DNA of 57,558 nt, the filler included, from Dugesia japonica (lineage: Eukaryota): the NCBI GenBank assembly GCA_001938525.1. It is 6 parts of 6 records of this genome, joined end to end, with 100 filler letters (N's around TTAATTAATTAA, not from the genome) between each part and the next. Parts side by side here need not be neighbours in the genome. Positions count along the whole stretch, not along the records: positions 21,441 to 31,062 come from MQRL01589533.1; positions 31,163 to 39,712 come from MQRL01548524.1; 4 more parts are not named here. One strand, given 5' to 3'. The translations under genes and the position numbers were made by a program. The notes below the pieces were generated by a model, which saw only the letters and a program-made list of their open reading frames with translations, made no database searches and had not been told where the DNA came from. Shown piece by piece: positions 25,784 through 36,539 of this stretch. How positions within the stretch are numbered: position 1 is the stretch's first letter; every line of letters begins with the position of its first letter.

Positions 25784-26088
25784 GTACTCTGAGTTAATAT
25801 TAGCTAAAATATTTTATTCATTTCTTCTTATATCATTGATGGTTCTACGGGAAATATCCTTCTTCAATCTTTCAGAAAATATTTCTGAAATTCTAATATC
25901 AGAAACAAGTTTGTTTGCTTTCAAATATCTTAAAATTTCAATTTATTTTATCAATAGTTAGTACATTTACTTTTTGCCATTTTGAAGGAATATTCTACAA
26001 TGTAAAAAAATAATAATTTGATTAAAGAAATTTGCGATTAATTGAAGGTGGCGGTTAAGAGGATTGACGATTAAGAGGAACTTTACTG
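25784..26088 (-). mobile_element. Tigger/pogo 5' fragment (TIR plus CENP-B-type HTH)
   Basis: TA|CAGTAAAGTTCCTCTTAATCG terminus; VLTIDK*IEILRYLKANK..ISRRTINDIRRNE. Confidence 0.75.
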
Positions 26089-26407
26089 TATTTCAAAATA
26101 TGATACACTTACTTTTTGTTAAAATAAAATTACAATATAAAGAAAGAAAATAATTGTTTGTTAATAATCACTACATATTAATAATTTGTAAATTTTAATC
26201 TAAAAACCGAACAAACTTTCTGATCAACCTTATATATATATATANNNNNNNNNNNNNNNNNAGATATAAAAATTGAAAATAACATTTTTCTTATGTCACG
26301 GTTTAACATTTTATTTAATAAAAATTATATTTAGTAAAACTTCAATACATTTTCAATTGATAAAATATATAATATTCATAAAATAAAAATATAATTATGA
26401 ATGAAAC

Positions 26408-26898
26408 CTTTAAAGTATCTTCGTTGTCAATATCTTCAATTGCTTCAATTGTACCTTCTCCATCACTGGATGAATCGTGATATGAAACCATATTCTATGT
26501 GTTGAAATAACATAATTATTGAGAATAAATGCTAATTTACATTTATATTTTTTTTAATTGCGTTCTTTCTATTTTCTTCAGCAAGATAAGATTCAGTAAA
26601 GGCTTTCCAACTACTCAAAGTCTCTTTTAAATGTAAAACACATAAATATATAATTTATAAATGTAATTAATACCTAGACTTATAATTCCGCGAAAAATAT
26701 GAATGTGTTTCTCAATGGTGTTGGCAATTTCTTTCAAAAATGGTCTATGAGTGTTTCTGATCATCATACTGGTACCGTTGCTGCATCAGAACAATTCATT
26801 ATATGTTATAAAATTCTAAAACATAAAACTTACACAGCAGTCATATTTTTATTCCAGGTCACAGTGATTTTAGTAAGAATATCTTGTTTGATTATAAT
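26408..26898 (-). CDS. PP6 regulatory subunit (SAPS family), four exons: 26898-26834, 26780-26674, 26623-26541, 26494-26408
   Basis: GT-AG introns of 53, 50 and 46 bp, all in phase; IIIKQDILTKITVTWNKN..HRPFLKEIANTI..WKAFTESYLAEENRKN..HDSSSDGEG resembles PPP6R LIERILEAW.N..GHLTRIANCI..WETFCTSSLGETNKRN..HSSSDDE. Confidence 0.82.
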
Positions 26899-27184
26899 CT
26901 GACGTATAAAAGTATTATAGTATTGATGCAAGATATTCATTCGCAGAAAATTATAGAAAAAACTACACTTTTGTTTCAGATAGAAATTTAAACACCAATA
27001 TGATTGAATATGTTGTTAATTATATTTATTCATAAATTTACTTAAAATTAGTAAAACCTTTAAATAATAGAATTACAAAACGTAAATTTTTAAAAGAATA
27101 ATTTTAAAAATCCAAATGTTTAAGTTATACTCAATATAAATATGCATAAATAACTAATAACAACAAAAATAACAGTAACAACTA

Positions 27185-28794
27185 ACGAATATTACCGAAT
27201 AATATGAGTCATACTATTTAAATAAGACGACCAAAAGAATAAAAATAAAAATTTAGATAATTAATCAGTTTGGTTATACTATTTGGAGTTTTCAAAAAAC
27301 AGATGATAATATTAATGATTTATTCATCGTTTAAATTAAAAACATCGGAATCTGAATGGCATTCTGAAACATCATTATAAATTGGAATAGAGACAAATGT
27401 TGCACAATTGCTTGATCGTTCATAAAATATTTGTCCATAAATATCATGCTTAGAAATATGTCAATCGTTATATTGCTCAGCAAATCCTGCGGATTTAATC
27501 GAATTTTTAATATTTTCACTTGAAACTGCACCCAGGCTTCACTAACCCAAGAGTTAATCGTTTGTATGGATGGAGGTTTGGAGTTCCCTCCTTTCTTATA
27601 TTCTAATTCATTTGAATGTTTCCATTTATGAATCATTCTTGATATATGATCCTTAAACTCGTGGTAAATAACTATGTCTCCAGCTTGAAGATAAGGTGTC
27701 AACCCACCGGGAATTGCGATCAACAAAATATTTCTTCTATGGCAATGAATCTTCACATTTTCTGAAATGTGAGCACGGCAAGAATCCCAAATTAAACATT
27801 TACAAGGACTAGCATCAAACAATGGGAACATTTAATTAGCCCAGGGAATTCTTAAATCCTGATTGACTCATGCTTTTGGCTGAGTAACGCCCCAAACATG
27901 GTTATATTTTTGATATTACACGTATTTTTTGAGAAGTGTAGCTTTCAAACATCGTCACAGCCAGATAAACCCACGGTTATTCTCATGGAAGAGAATCCAG
28001 TAGTTTTCAAAAGGACATGTTTTCGACCAATTATATCCAAATTTTGGGTTCGATTGTCCTCGAAATATACGGCTGTTTGATCCATTAACAAGGTTTTCAA
28101 TAAATTTATTATAGGAAATAAGCTTCGTAAATAACGCTTAAATAAATAAAGTAACTCTTCATCTGTTAACGTCGTAAAATTGGTTGTTCTTCGCAATGAA
28201 AGATTATTTCTTGACATGAATCCATTTATCAAGGTTCAAAAAATTCAAAAATCTCTAGCAACAGACACTGCTCGATTAGAAACGAAAGTTCTGGTTACTT
28301 TCGTTTTCATCATCCTCAGTTCTATAATTTCATCTACGAGCATTTCTTCCAAGCTTCCCAACGAGCATTTTCTCCCATCACCCTGTATTCTTTTCATGGT
28401 GGGCACTTGATTAAGTATTATTTCTTTATTTTGAAACCATTGCTGATAAATGGATTGCGAGTAATCGTAGTTATCACTTTGGCTGGAGTATAGCCTTGTC
28501 TTATAACACGAATTCCCTTGATCCATGTATACGATTACTTTTTTTTCTAAAATCAATTGTAATTGCCATTTGTTCAGGTAATTTAAGGTATAAATAAATT
28601 AGTATAAATATGATTTATTGAATATTTTTGTTTAAAATAAGACACATACTATTTTTAAAAGTTATTAAAACATAAATATAGATTAGGGCAAATAATAAGT
28701 ACACTTATTTGATGATCATACTAATTAAAAAATATGATCAATAAATTTGTATTGTCATATTATTTGAGTTGGTCATACTATTGGTAATATCCGT
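27185..28794 (-). mobile_element. Full-length degenerate pogo-family element within a PP6R intron
   Basis: TIRs ACG(A/G)ATATTACC(G)AATA flanked by TA on both sides; HTH region, FMSRNNLSLRRTT, MDQTAVYF, WDSCRAH and IPGGLTPYLQAGD (DDE_1); frameshifts. Confidence 0.92.
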
Positions 28795-28801
28795 TAATAG
28801 C

Positions 28802-28847
<46 letters not shown>

Positions 28848-28865
28848 TAAATAAATAAATATTAC

Positions 28866-29015
28866 TTCATGTAAAATATTATGAGAAATATTATTAATTG
28901 AATTTGAGGATTCGTTGATAGTATATGTTTGTGATGCATAAGCAATCAATTTATTGATTATTTCTGTAACAAAACGATGAAGGAATGTATTGAGATGAAA
29001 TTCAAAAAATAAGTT
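28866..29015 (-). CDS. PP6 regulatory subunit (SAPS/SIT4-associated family), exon
   Basis: tttag|..|gtaata, exactly 50 codons: NLFFEFHLNTFLHRFVTEIINKLI..NILHE, similar to PPP6R FFKYTWNNFLH..NLLLKH. Confidence 0.8.
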
Positions 29016-29609
29016 CTAAAAAAATTATTATTAAAACCAAAATTATATAACTAATAAAGAAAATAAAGAACTTTTCATATGTATACTAAAATGAAATTGT
29101 CATTTTAAAATTATTTATTTTTAGCAACATGATTCACAGATTAGCTGTCATCTTCAGNCAAAATTTTAAAACTAAGAATAATATACTTATACTGCCAAAT
29201 TTCAAATTTAACTTCATCTTTTTTCGTTAAACAAAACTAACAGAAAATACTTTTGCGAAGTAAATATTGTTTTTATTCATAATCATTTAAAGTACTGATT
29301 AAAACTAAAATGACTAATTTAACTCAACTATCTTATTTTTTATATAAATTCATATTCCCAATAAAATTAATATTTAATTTAATTTAAAATATTCATTTAA
29401 TGAATATTTATTAAGAATCGTTAATTTCCGATTATCTATAGAATAAATAACAAATATTTCTGTTCGTATGTATGTTTGTCCATCTATAAATTTGAAATGT
29501 GAACATTTTAGAGCCAAACCAATTACATATTCAAAATCAGTATGACCTCAAGGTCTATCGCATGCTATTCATTTTTTTTATATTCAAAATTTATATGAAA
29601 ATAAAATTA

Positions 29610-31062
29610 TCAGGAAATGTAATTCACCGTAGAATACACCATTAGTGTGTGTATGGAAAAAAGATAAAAAAAGATAAAAGATTGTGTTTAGATTTTAGAC
29701 AACTAAACAAAAAACAACTAAACTATTAGACAAGCTTTCCCGATGACAAATGTGGAAGAATTGTTAGATACTTTACATGGTGCATGTTATTTTAGTTCAA
29801 TTGACCTTGGAAATGNNNNNNNNNNNNNNNNNNNNNNNNNNNNNNNNNNNNNNNNNNNNNNNNNNNNNNNNNNNNNNNNNNNNNNNNNNNNNNNNNNNNN
29901 NNNNNNNNNNNNNNNNNNNNNNNNNNNNNNNNNNNNNNNNNNNNNNNNNNNNNNNNACTTATGAATAAAGTATTAATCGGGATAAATGGTGTCGAAGCCT
30001 TAGTTTATTTGGATGATATCTTAGTTTTTTTATAATTTCTTGGAAGAGCACATGGTTCGTTTAAATAATGTGTTAAGTAGAATCAAATCTGCAGGTTTAA
30101 GAATTAATCCAGAAAAATGTTCGTTATTAAAAAAAAAGAAGTTAAATTTTTCGGACATATTATTACAGGTGAGGGAATACGCACAGATCAAAGTAAAATT
30201 GAAGCAATAAGTAAATTTGAAANNNNNNNNNNNNNNNNNNNNNNNNNNNNNNNNNNNNNNNNNNNNNNNNNNACTTATGATTAAAGTATTAATCGGGATA
30301 AATGGTGTCGAAGCCTTGGTTTATTTGGATGATATCTTAGTTTTTTTTCTAATTTCTTGGAAGAGTGCATGGTCCGTTTAAATAATGTGTTAAGTAGAAT
30401 CAAATCTGCAGGTTTAAGAATTAATCCAGAAAAATGTTCGTTATAAAAAAAGAAGTTAAATTTTTCGGACATTATTACAGGTGAGGGAATACGCACAGAT
30501 CAAAGTAAAATTGAAGGCCAAAATGTAGTAAGAGTTTGAGAAGTTTCTTAGGATTATGTAATTATCGAAAATTTATAAATACGCAGAAAAGGCCAGAATT
30601 CTAGAGGCATTGTGTGGTAAAAGTAATGAAAAGTTGATTTGGTCTGATCAGTGTGATAAGTCGTTTAATCAATTAAAAATTGCTATACAGAAAACTCCAG
30701 TGTTATTATATCCGGATTTCAACAAAGTTTTTCTTTTATACACAGACGCTAGCTTTGATGCAATTGAAGCAATACTCGCACAATTAGATGAAAATTGAAA
30801 CGAAAGAGTTATTGCTTATGGATCACATGCAATGATTTCACACGAAAGAGATTATTGTATTACAAGAAAGGAATTGTTAGCTATTTATCATTTCACTCAA
30901 CACTTCAATCATTATTTTTATGGCAAACAATTTATTCTTCGAACGGATCATAAGTTATCTACAAAAAAGCCGATTACTTCACAATTCGAGGCATGGATAA
31001 ATTTTTTAAGCAGTTTAGATATTAAGATGGAATATCGAAAGGGAATTTTACATGCAAACGCT
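29610..31062 (+). mobile_element. Ty3/Gypsy pol fragment (RT-RNase H)
   Basis: RLCLDFRQLN, YFSSIDL, YLDDIL, LYTDAS, YCITRKELLA, LRTDH and EYRKGILHANA. Confidence 0.93.
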
Positions 31063-31162
31063 NNNNNNNNNNNNNNNNNNNNNNNNNNNNNNNNNNNNNN
31101 NNNNNNTTAATTAATTAANNNNNNNNNNNNNNNNNNNNNNNNNNNNNNNNNNNNNNNNNNNN

Positions 31163-32209
31163 TTATTACGGAGTTTCCTCTTAATGGTATAATAGAACTT
31201 GTAGCTAAAAGCAATTGGATACACTAGTGAGTGGTTAAAATGTTGTCGTTTTTCTGTGTTTTATTCTATTCTTCCGATAAATTCTACGGGTTTTTATAGC
31301 ATTCTGGATACAACCTGTTTTGATGAACATTGGTTGATTTGTTTTTAGTTTCCATAACTTGTCTATGATTGGTGATGGCATCAATTTTTTTGATTTTTCG
31401 TAGTTTTAGAACTCTTATTGCAATCTATTTTTGGAGCGTCAGATGATCATTGGGGCTTTGTTTTATTTTCATTTATCTGATCCTTATTGGTCCATTCTTT
31501 TAACCCCTACCGAAGGTCTCCCGATGATGACATGATTCTTTATGGACCAAATTCTAATGCTCTGTCACCGCTTTTTCTCAAATATTTTTTTCCCACGCTC
31601 ATTGGGCTTTTCTGAGCAGAGTTATCCGTGAAAAATAATTTTTGTACTAATTTTGATTTATTTTTTTTCGAAATTAATTACGTTTTTTCTTGTAATTAAT
31701 TATTTTTCGCCTATAATTTTTTATGAATTTTATTATTTATTTTATAGTTACAATTATTGTGAGAATAATTGTTGGACTTAATCATTGATCGCATTTGAGA
31801 TTTCATTAAAATAAGNAAAAGCTTCGATCAAAATAAAATTTATTTGTAAAAAAATTCAAATTTTCAAATTTTCGACAATAGTCTTCTTCAATTTGAAAAT
31901 TTGAACTTATTTACAAGTAAATTTTATTTTGATATTGGTCTGGCTCAGATTTATTCATCTAAGATCTTCATATTCATTTTTTTGTATTTTGATTTTTTTT
32001 TATTAATTCGTTATATTATAATTTAGCCCTTCCGATTATTCCTAATTAATTTTCTTGTGGCTTCTTTATTGATGTTCTTCCTATAACTTTCCATCGTAGT
32101 TACTTGGTTCCTGATTGGCTTTCCTTTCGGCCTCTTTATTCTTCATTAATTTTTTCTTTCTCGGCCCTTGGCTGGGTTTTCATTTCAGGCTGGGTGTTTC
32201 ACCCCAACA
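31163..32209 (-). mobile_element. LTR (U3 end) of the TGTTGGGGTGAAACAC family, truncated by the spacer
   Basis: Ends GGGTGTTTCACCCCAACA; CCAAT boxes and TATAAAA (~31293-31299) on the minus strand; similar to the neighbouring LTRs. Confidence 0.7.
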
Positions 32210-32944
32210 GTACAACTAAATAATTGACTTTTTTGTTGTTGTTTCAACTATATTCTAGCTGTTTAAATACCATTTTCCGACGCAACTCGGCATCATCGCC
32301 ATTGGATTATTATTTTTAATTCAAAATTCTTGTTTCTGATTGGCGATGGTGCCAATTATAAGATTTTTTGGTAGATTTTTTGAACTTACATTGGTGGCTA
32401 TTTTTAAGTCACCCTGTGATTTTCTGTTCTTTGTTTTCCGGCCACTCATTGGCCCGTTTTTGAAATCCCTGTAGCGTTTCTCCAGGTATTGATATGATTT
32501 TCTTATGGCAAAATCTTAGTGCCCCTTATTGTTTCCTTTTCGAATTTTCTTCTCCCGAGTCTCCACGATTTTCCTGAGTGAAGATATTCGCCCGAAACTG
32601 ATTTTTACTTAATTTTTTTCTTTGGTCGTTAAAATTAATTAATTTTTCTTTATTAATTAATTATTATCTTCTTGCCTCTTTTCTTATTTTCTTTTTTGTT
32701 GGGGTTTCACCTGAGTTGATGATGAAAGAGAGCACTGGCCGGGGAAAAAACGGTCTTCAGGAGATCCCCTTCAAGAATTTAATCTAATGTCCCTAAATTA
32801 GATGTTCAGTGCAGAGTGGTTGACCACCATCTTTATGGGAGGTGCGCACTCGTACACTTTTAGTTCGGGTTCCTAAATGTTTCCCTATAATAAAGTAAAC
32901 AGACAAAACGCTATTGTTAAAGTATATTCTATGTTATGTTACAT

Positions 32945-33295
32945 CTACTCCAGAGCGCCTGGATCTAACCACTGAATCGGATCTTCAGGAATAAATTCGA
33001 AGGCTCTATTGTCATCAGCATCGTCCCAATTGAGCCATGCTGCAATACCCAGCTGGTGGGACAAATCGGCAATATATGACTTCAGAAATTCAATTTTATG
33101 TTGAAATTTAGTTGGCTTGGCTAAATTGTGATGTTTTTGGACTATGAGATCTAATTTCTTAATCAGCTTATTCCTTTGGGTCAAATGTTTTAAGAGAGCC
33201 CTGTCAGTTTGACGTTTGAGATGTCTTTCCACAAGTAATCTTTGGATGATTCGATGGCAACGACTTAATCTATTTGGAAGTCTGATGCAGGTCAC
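32945..33295 (-). CDS. LTR-borne ORF/exon, unknown 116-aa protein
   Basis: Open frame starting at the tgtttcag| acceptor (33296-95); basic helical N-terminal half and acidic Trp-rich tail; no ATG, so probably a spliced exon. Confidence 0.55.
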   Translation of the reverse strand: MTCIRLPNRLSRCHRIIQRLLVERHLKRQTDRALLKHLTQRNKLIKKLDLIVQKHHNLAKPTKFQHKIEFLKSYIADLSHQLGIAAWLNWDDADDNRAFEFIPEDPIQWLDPGALE

Positions 33296-33461
33296 TGAAA
33301 CAATTGAAATATTAAAGATAAATTGTCATCACTATATTAGGCTCAATGATTAACAGCAAATATTATTTAGTATAAAAGAAAAATCAAAGAAAATTGAAAA
33401 ACAGAGACAACTCTCAATAACATGAGAAATATTTATTTACAGAGATGGAATATTACAACAC

Positions 33462-33779
33462 TTAGGGACGCGTCGTTTGAGTACCTTTATCAATCATGGG
33501 AGGTTCTAAAGGCATTTTTTCTTTGAGAAGTAAGATGTCGTTGACCAGTTTATTTTCTCGGTCGTGGTTAGACCGGATTATCTCTACGAAAGATTTCACC
33601 TGTGACTTCCAAACTTTCTCTTGAGCGTGAGAAGCCTCAGTCTCTTTACGAATGGTGACATATTTGGCCCTGTAACGCTTTACTTTGGCATTAGTTGTGG
33701 CAATCTTTGCTTCAAATCGCAGTTTAGCTAATCGGTACAACTCGCAAGACATCTCCGTGTCTTCGCTGGACTAGCTCAT
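33462..33779 (-). CDS. LTR-borne coiled-coil ORF (96 aa from 33752; upstream in-frame ATG at 33779 interrupted by TAG)
   Basis: Preceded by ttctgtag| acceptor (33821-20); helical charged protein ending DKGTQT. Confidence 0.55.
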
Positions 33780-33980
33780 TTTCTTGTTAGGGGCTGTAGT
33801 TCGATTTAACAAGGAATCACTACAGAATTAAGAACATCAATTAATCAATGATTCCCAAAACAATTGAACAAAATATTAACATTCCTAATTATTTCTGAAA
33901 AGGTATAACAGAACTCAGTTATAACAAGGTGCGAGACAACTATTTTATTAATTTACGACAAAAGAGGGTGAAGAAAAATA

Positions 33981-34377
33981 TCATACAGAAGTTTCATTAT
34001 TTGGGTCGGAATTTTCCGAAACAATGTTGCCAATGGAATCACGAATATTCCACAAATTATTGTGAACAAATGCCGTAAGTTTATGGAGCGGAGGCAGGTG
34101 ATTGGTGGTGATGCTTACCAAAAAATACCCTTCGTGCCTTTCACGAAAGATCTGGGCATACCATCTCAATCTACGGTTGCAACTGTCACCGCATGATATA
34201 CGGCCCTTGTGGGATCGGGTCCGTTCCATGAATAATAGGAGTGGAGCTCATTTGCGTCCCATTCCCTTTCGTCTTTAGCGTTTCCCATTGGTAAATTGAC
34301 TCTGCCGACCAGAACACCGGCATTTCTATCTTTTGTATATTGTACGGCCAGTGGTACGGTCTAGTAGTATCTTCCAT
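33981..34377 (-). pseudogene. LTR-borne ORF (~130 aa), probably one gene with a frameshift
   Basis: tttgaacag| acceptor (34390-89) just upstream of ATG 34377; two overlapping frames, 34186-34377 and 33981-34229. Confidence 0.5.
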
Positions 34378-34523
34378 TTATGCTACATCTGTTCAAAGAT
34401 AATACTAATTCTAATACCTTAAATTAAAGAAAATAATTTAACGATAGAATATTAATATCAAGACTAGGGTTGTCCCATTGTATTTTATTTAAGACTAAAC
34501 GACATAAAACAAAATTCAGATGA

Positions 34524-34706
34524 TTATTCCTCATCCATATCCACATTCAAGTTTAACGGGAACATCTCGGCGAAACACTGGAGGTCCGTTTTTTCGGGAT
34601 GTTCTATTAGTTTAGGGAATAACTGATGTGCGATTAGTTATCGCGTCCGAGTGGTTTCTCTCTGCTTTCGGATCGATTTGAGGATGCATAACTGTTCACT
34701 TGACAT
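34524..34706 (-). pseudogene. LTR-borne 60-codon ORF with one in-frame stop
   Basis: aatttag|ATAATG; MSSEQLCILKSIRKQRETTRTR*LIAHQLFPKLIEHPEKTDLQCFAEMFPLNLNVDMDEE*. Confidence 0.45.
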
Positions 34707-36539
34707 TATCTAAATTAATTATTAAACGTTGGTAATTATACTACATTAGGTGATTTTAAATAGAACAAAAATTTGGTGTAGTCCTTCCCAACTTATACTG
34801 ACGCTGACTCCTGAGGAATAATTATGGAGACGTAATGAAAATTATCGTGTCATGGATGATTTCCCTAACAGACCGAGCTTCTTAGTAACTGTTGGGTAGT
34901 TGGTACCTGCCATAATGGAGTTCATTGTATTCTTAACTCTTGTACATGGTTAATCATCAATCATAATATTACTGATACGATAAGGATATTTATGAAAATT
35001 GGTTTAGTAAGTATAATGATAACTATAATCAGAATAAATATAACAAGATTGGAAGTATGATAATAACAATAATCATAATTATAATAATACGAAAATTGAT
35101 GTATTATGAATAAGATTGGTAAACATATTAATAATGTCATCGATGTTAAAAATTATCATCATAATAGTAATCGGGTCTAGCATCTCGAGATTCAGCATAG
35201 CCAATTTTGTAATAACAATAGTACTGATTTGGATGTTAGTGGTGCTAAGATGAATTATGCTGAACTAATGTCAAAGAGAACAAGAAAACACCACTATGCT
35301 TAAACTTAAATAATGATTAGTATCAAATCACCACCGATATTACAACTAATTCCTAATTGTACTGAGAGGGGAATGAAGAGGATTCTTTTTTCTTATTACG
35401 ATAATACTGGACAATCTGGCTTGGTAGAGCAGCACATGTCGACTCGCAGTTTTTCATTTTATCTATATCGGTGTAATGTTGACAGTAGTAATCACATCCA
35501 CAATGAATCAGGACAGAGATAAGATATGTAACACTGACTTTGCTCCTTTTATAAATTGTAAAATATACCTAAACGATGATGATAACAATTTCTATAGCTT
35601 TTACAATATTGCCAGATAATCTTATTATAGATTATTAGCAATGCCGTACATCATGATTAACATTCAGTATGTTCTTGAGTTGAGTCCACAATTAGAGTTT
35701 CTTATTCAAATATCACTTCTCGGTAAATGAGAGAAAATATTTTGGTTTCACTTCTTCTTAGGTAAAAAAGGAGATAATTAATAAAATTAGTAGTTAGATG
35801 GTTTTTATTCTGATTTTTAGGGGGTTTAAATAGCTTTCTGGATACACCCCGACATCATTACTATTGGGTTGTTATTTTTAGTTAAAATTTCTCCGATTCT
35901 ATTGGTGTAGACGGGGATTTCTAAGAATTTTTTCTATTTTCTTTTACGCCATTGGCGTCTATTTTTGGAGTGACATGTGATTGTCATTCCTTTGTTTTAT
36001 TTTTATTTTCAGATCTCTTATTGGACCCATCTTCAAATCCCTGTGAAAACTTTCTGAATGGTGCTAAGATTTTCTAATATCCAACTCTTAATGCTTCGTC
36101 CCCAGTTCTTCTCAGATTTTTTAACTAGAAGTCGTTGTGATTATGCAGAGTAGAGATAATCACTAAAACCCGATTTTCGAACAATTTCAATTTATTTTTC
36201 TTTTAATTTAATTAATATTTCTGCCATAAATAATTGTTTACTAATACTAATTTTTTCTGGCGTTTAGTATTAATTTGATAATTCTTTTTAATTATTAGCC
36301 TTGGTGTCAGCTAACTTGGTTTACCCCAAGGTCTTCATATTTATCTTCTTTTTCTTTAAGCAGTATTTTAGCCTATTTTGTCCATGATTGATTATCCGTA
36401 ATTGATTATTATACTCTTTCATGTGACTACTGTTCTTCATTTAGTTATTTCTTTGTTAGTACCCGTCAACTTATGATTTGGGCCCTAAGCCCTGCTTTCA
36501 TCTTAATTGGGTGTTTCACGTCAACATTTTTAATAATTA

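Larger units (their letters stand above)
32697..36526 (-). mobile_element. 3.83-kb solo-LTR-like element with an internal small-ORF array
   Basis: TGTTGGGGTTTCACC..GGGTGTTTCACGTCAACA ends; TTTT 4-bp TSD (32693-96 and 36527-30); CCAAT boxes, TATTTAAA (35825-32) and AATAAA (35804-09) on the minus strand; no gag or pol. Confidence 0.78.

Noticed and set aside
29957-30516. Tandem duplication of a ~260-bp RT segment
   Set aside because: Near-identical copies flank an N gap, which is typical of an unmerged allelic overlap in assembly
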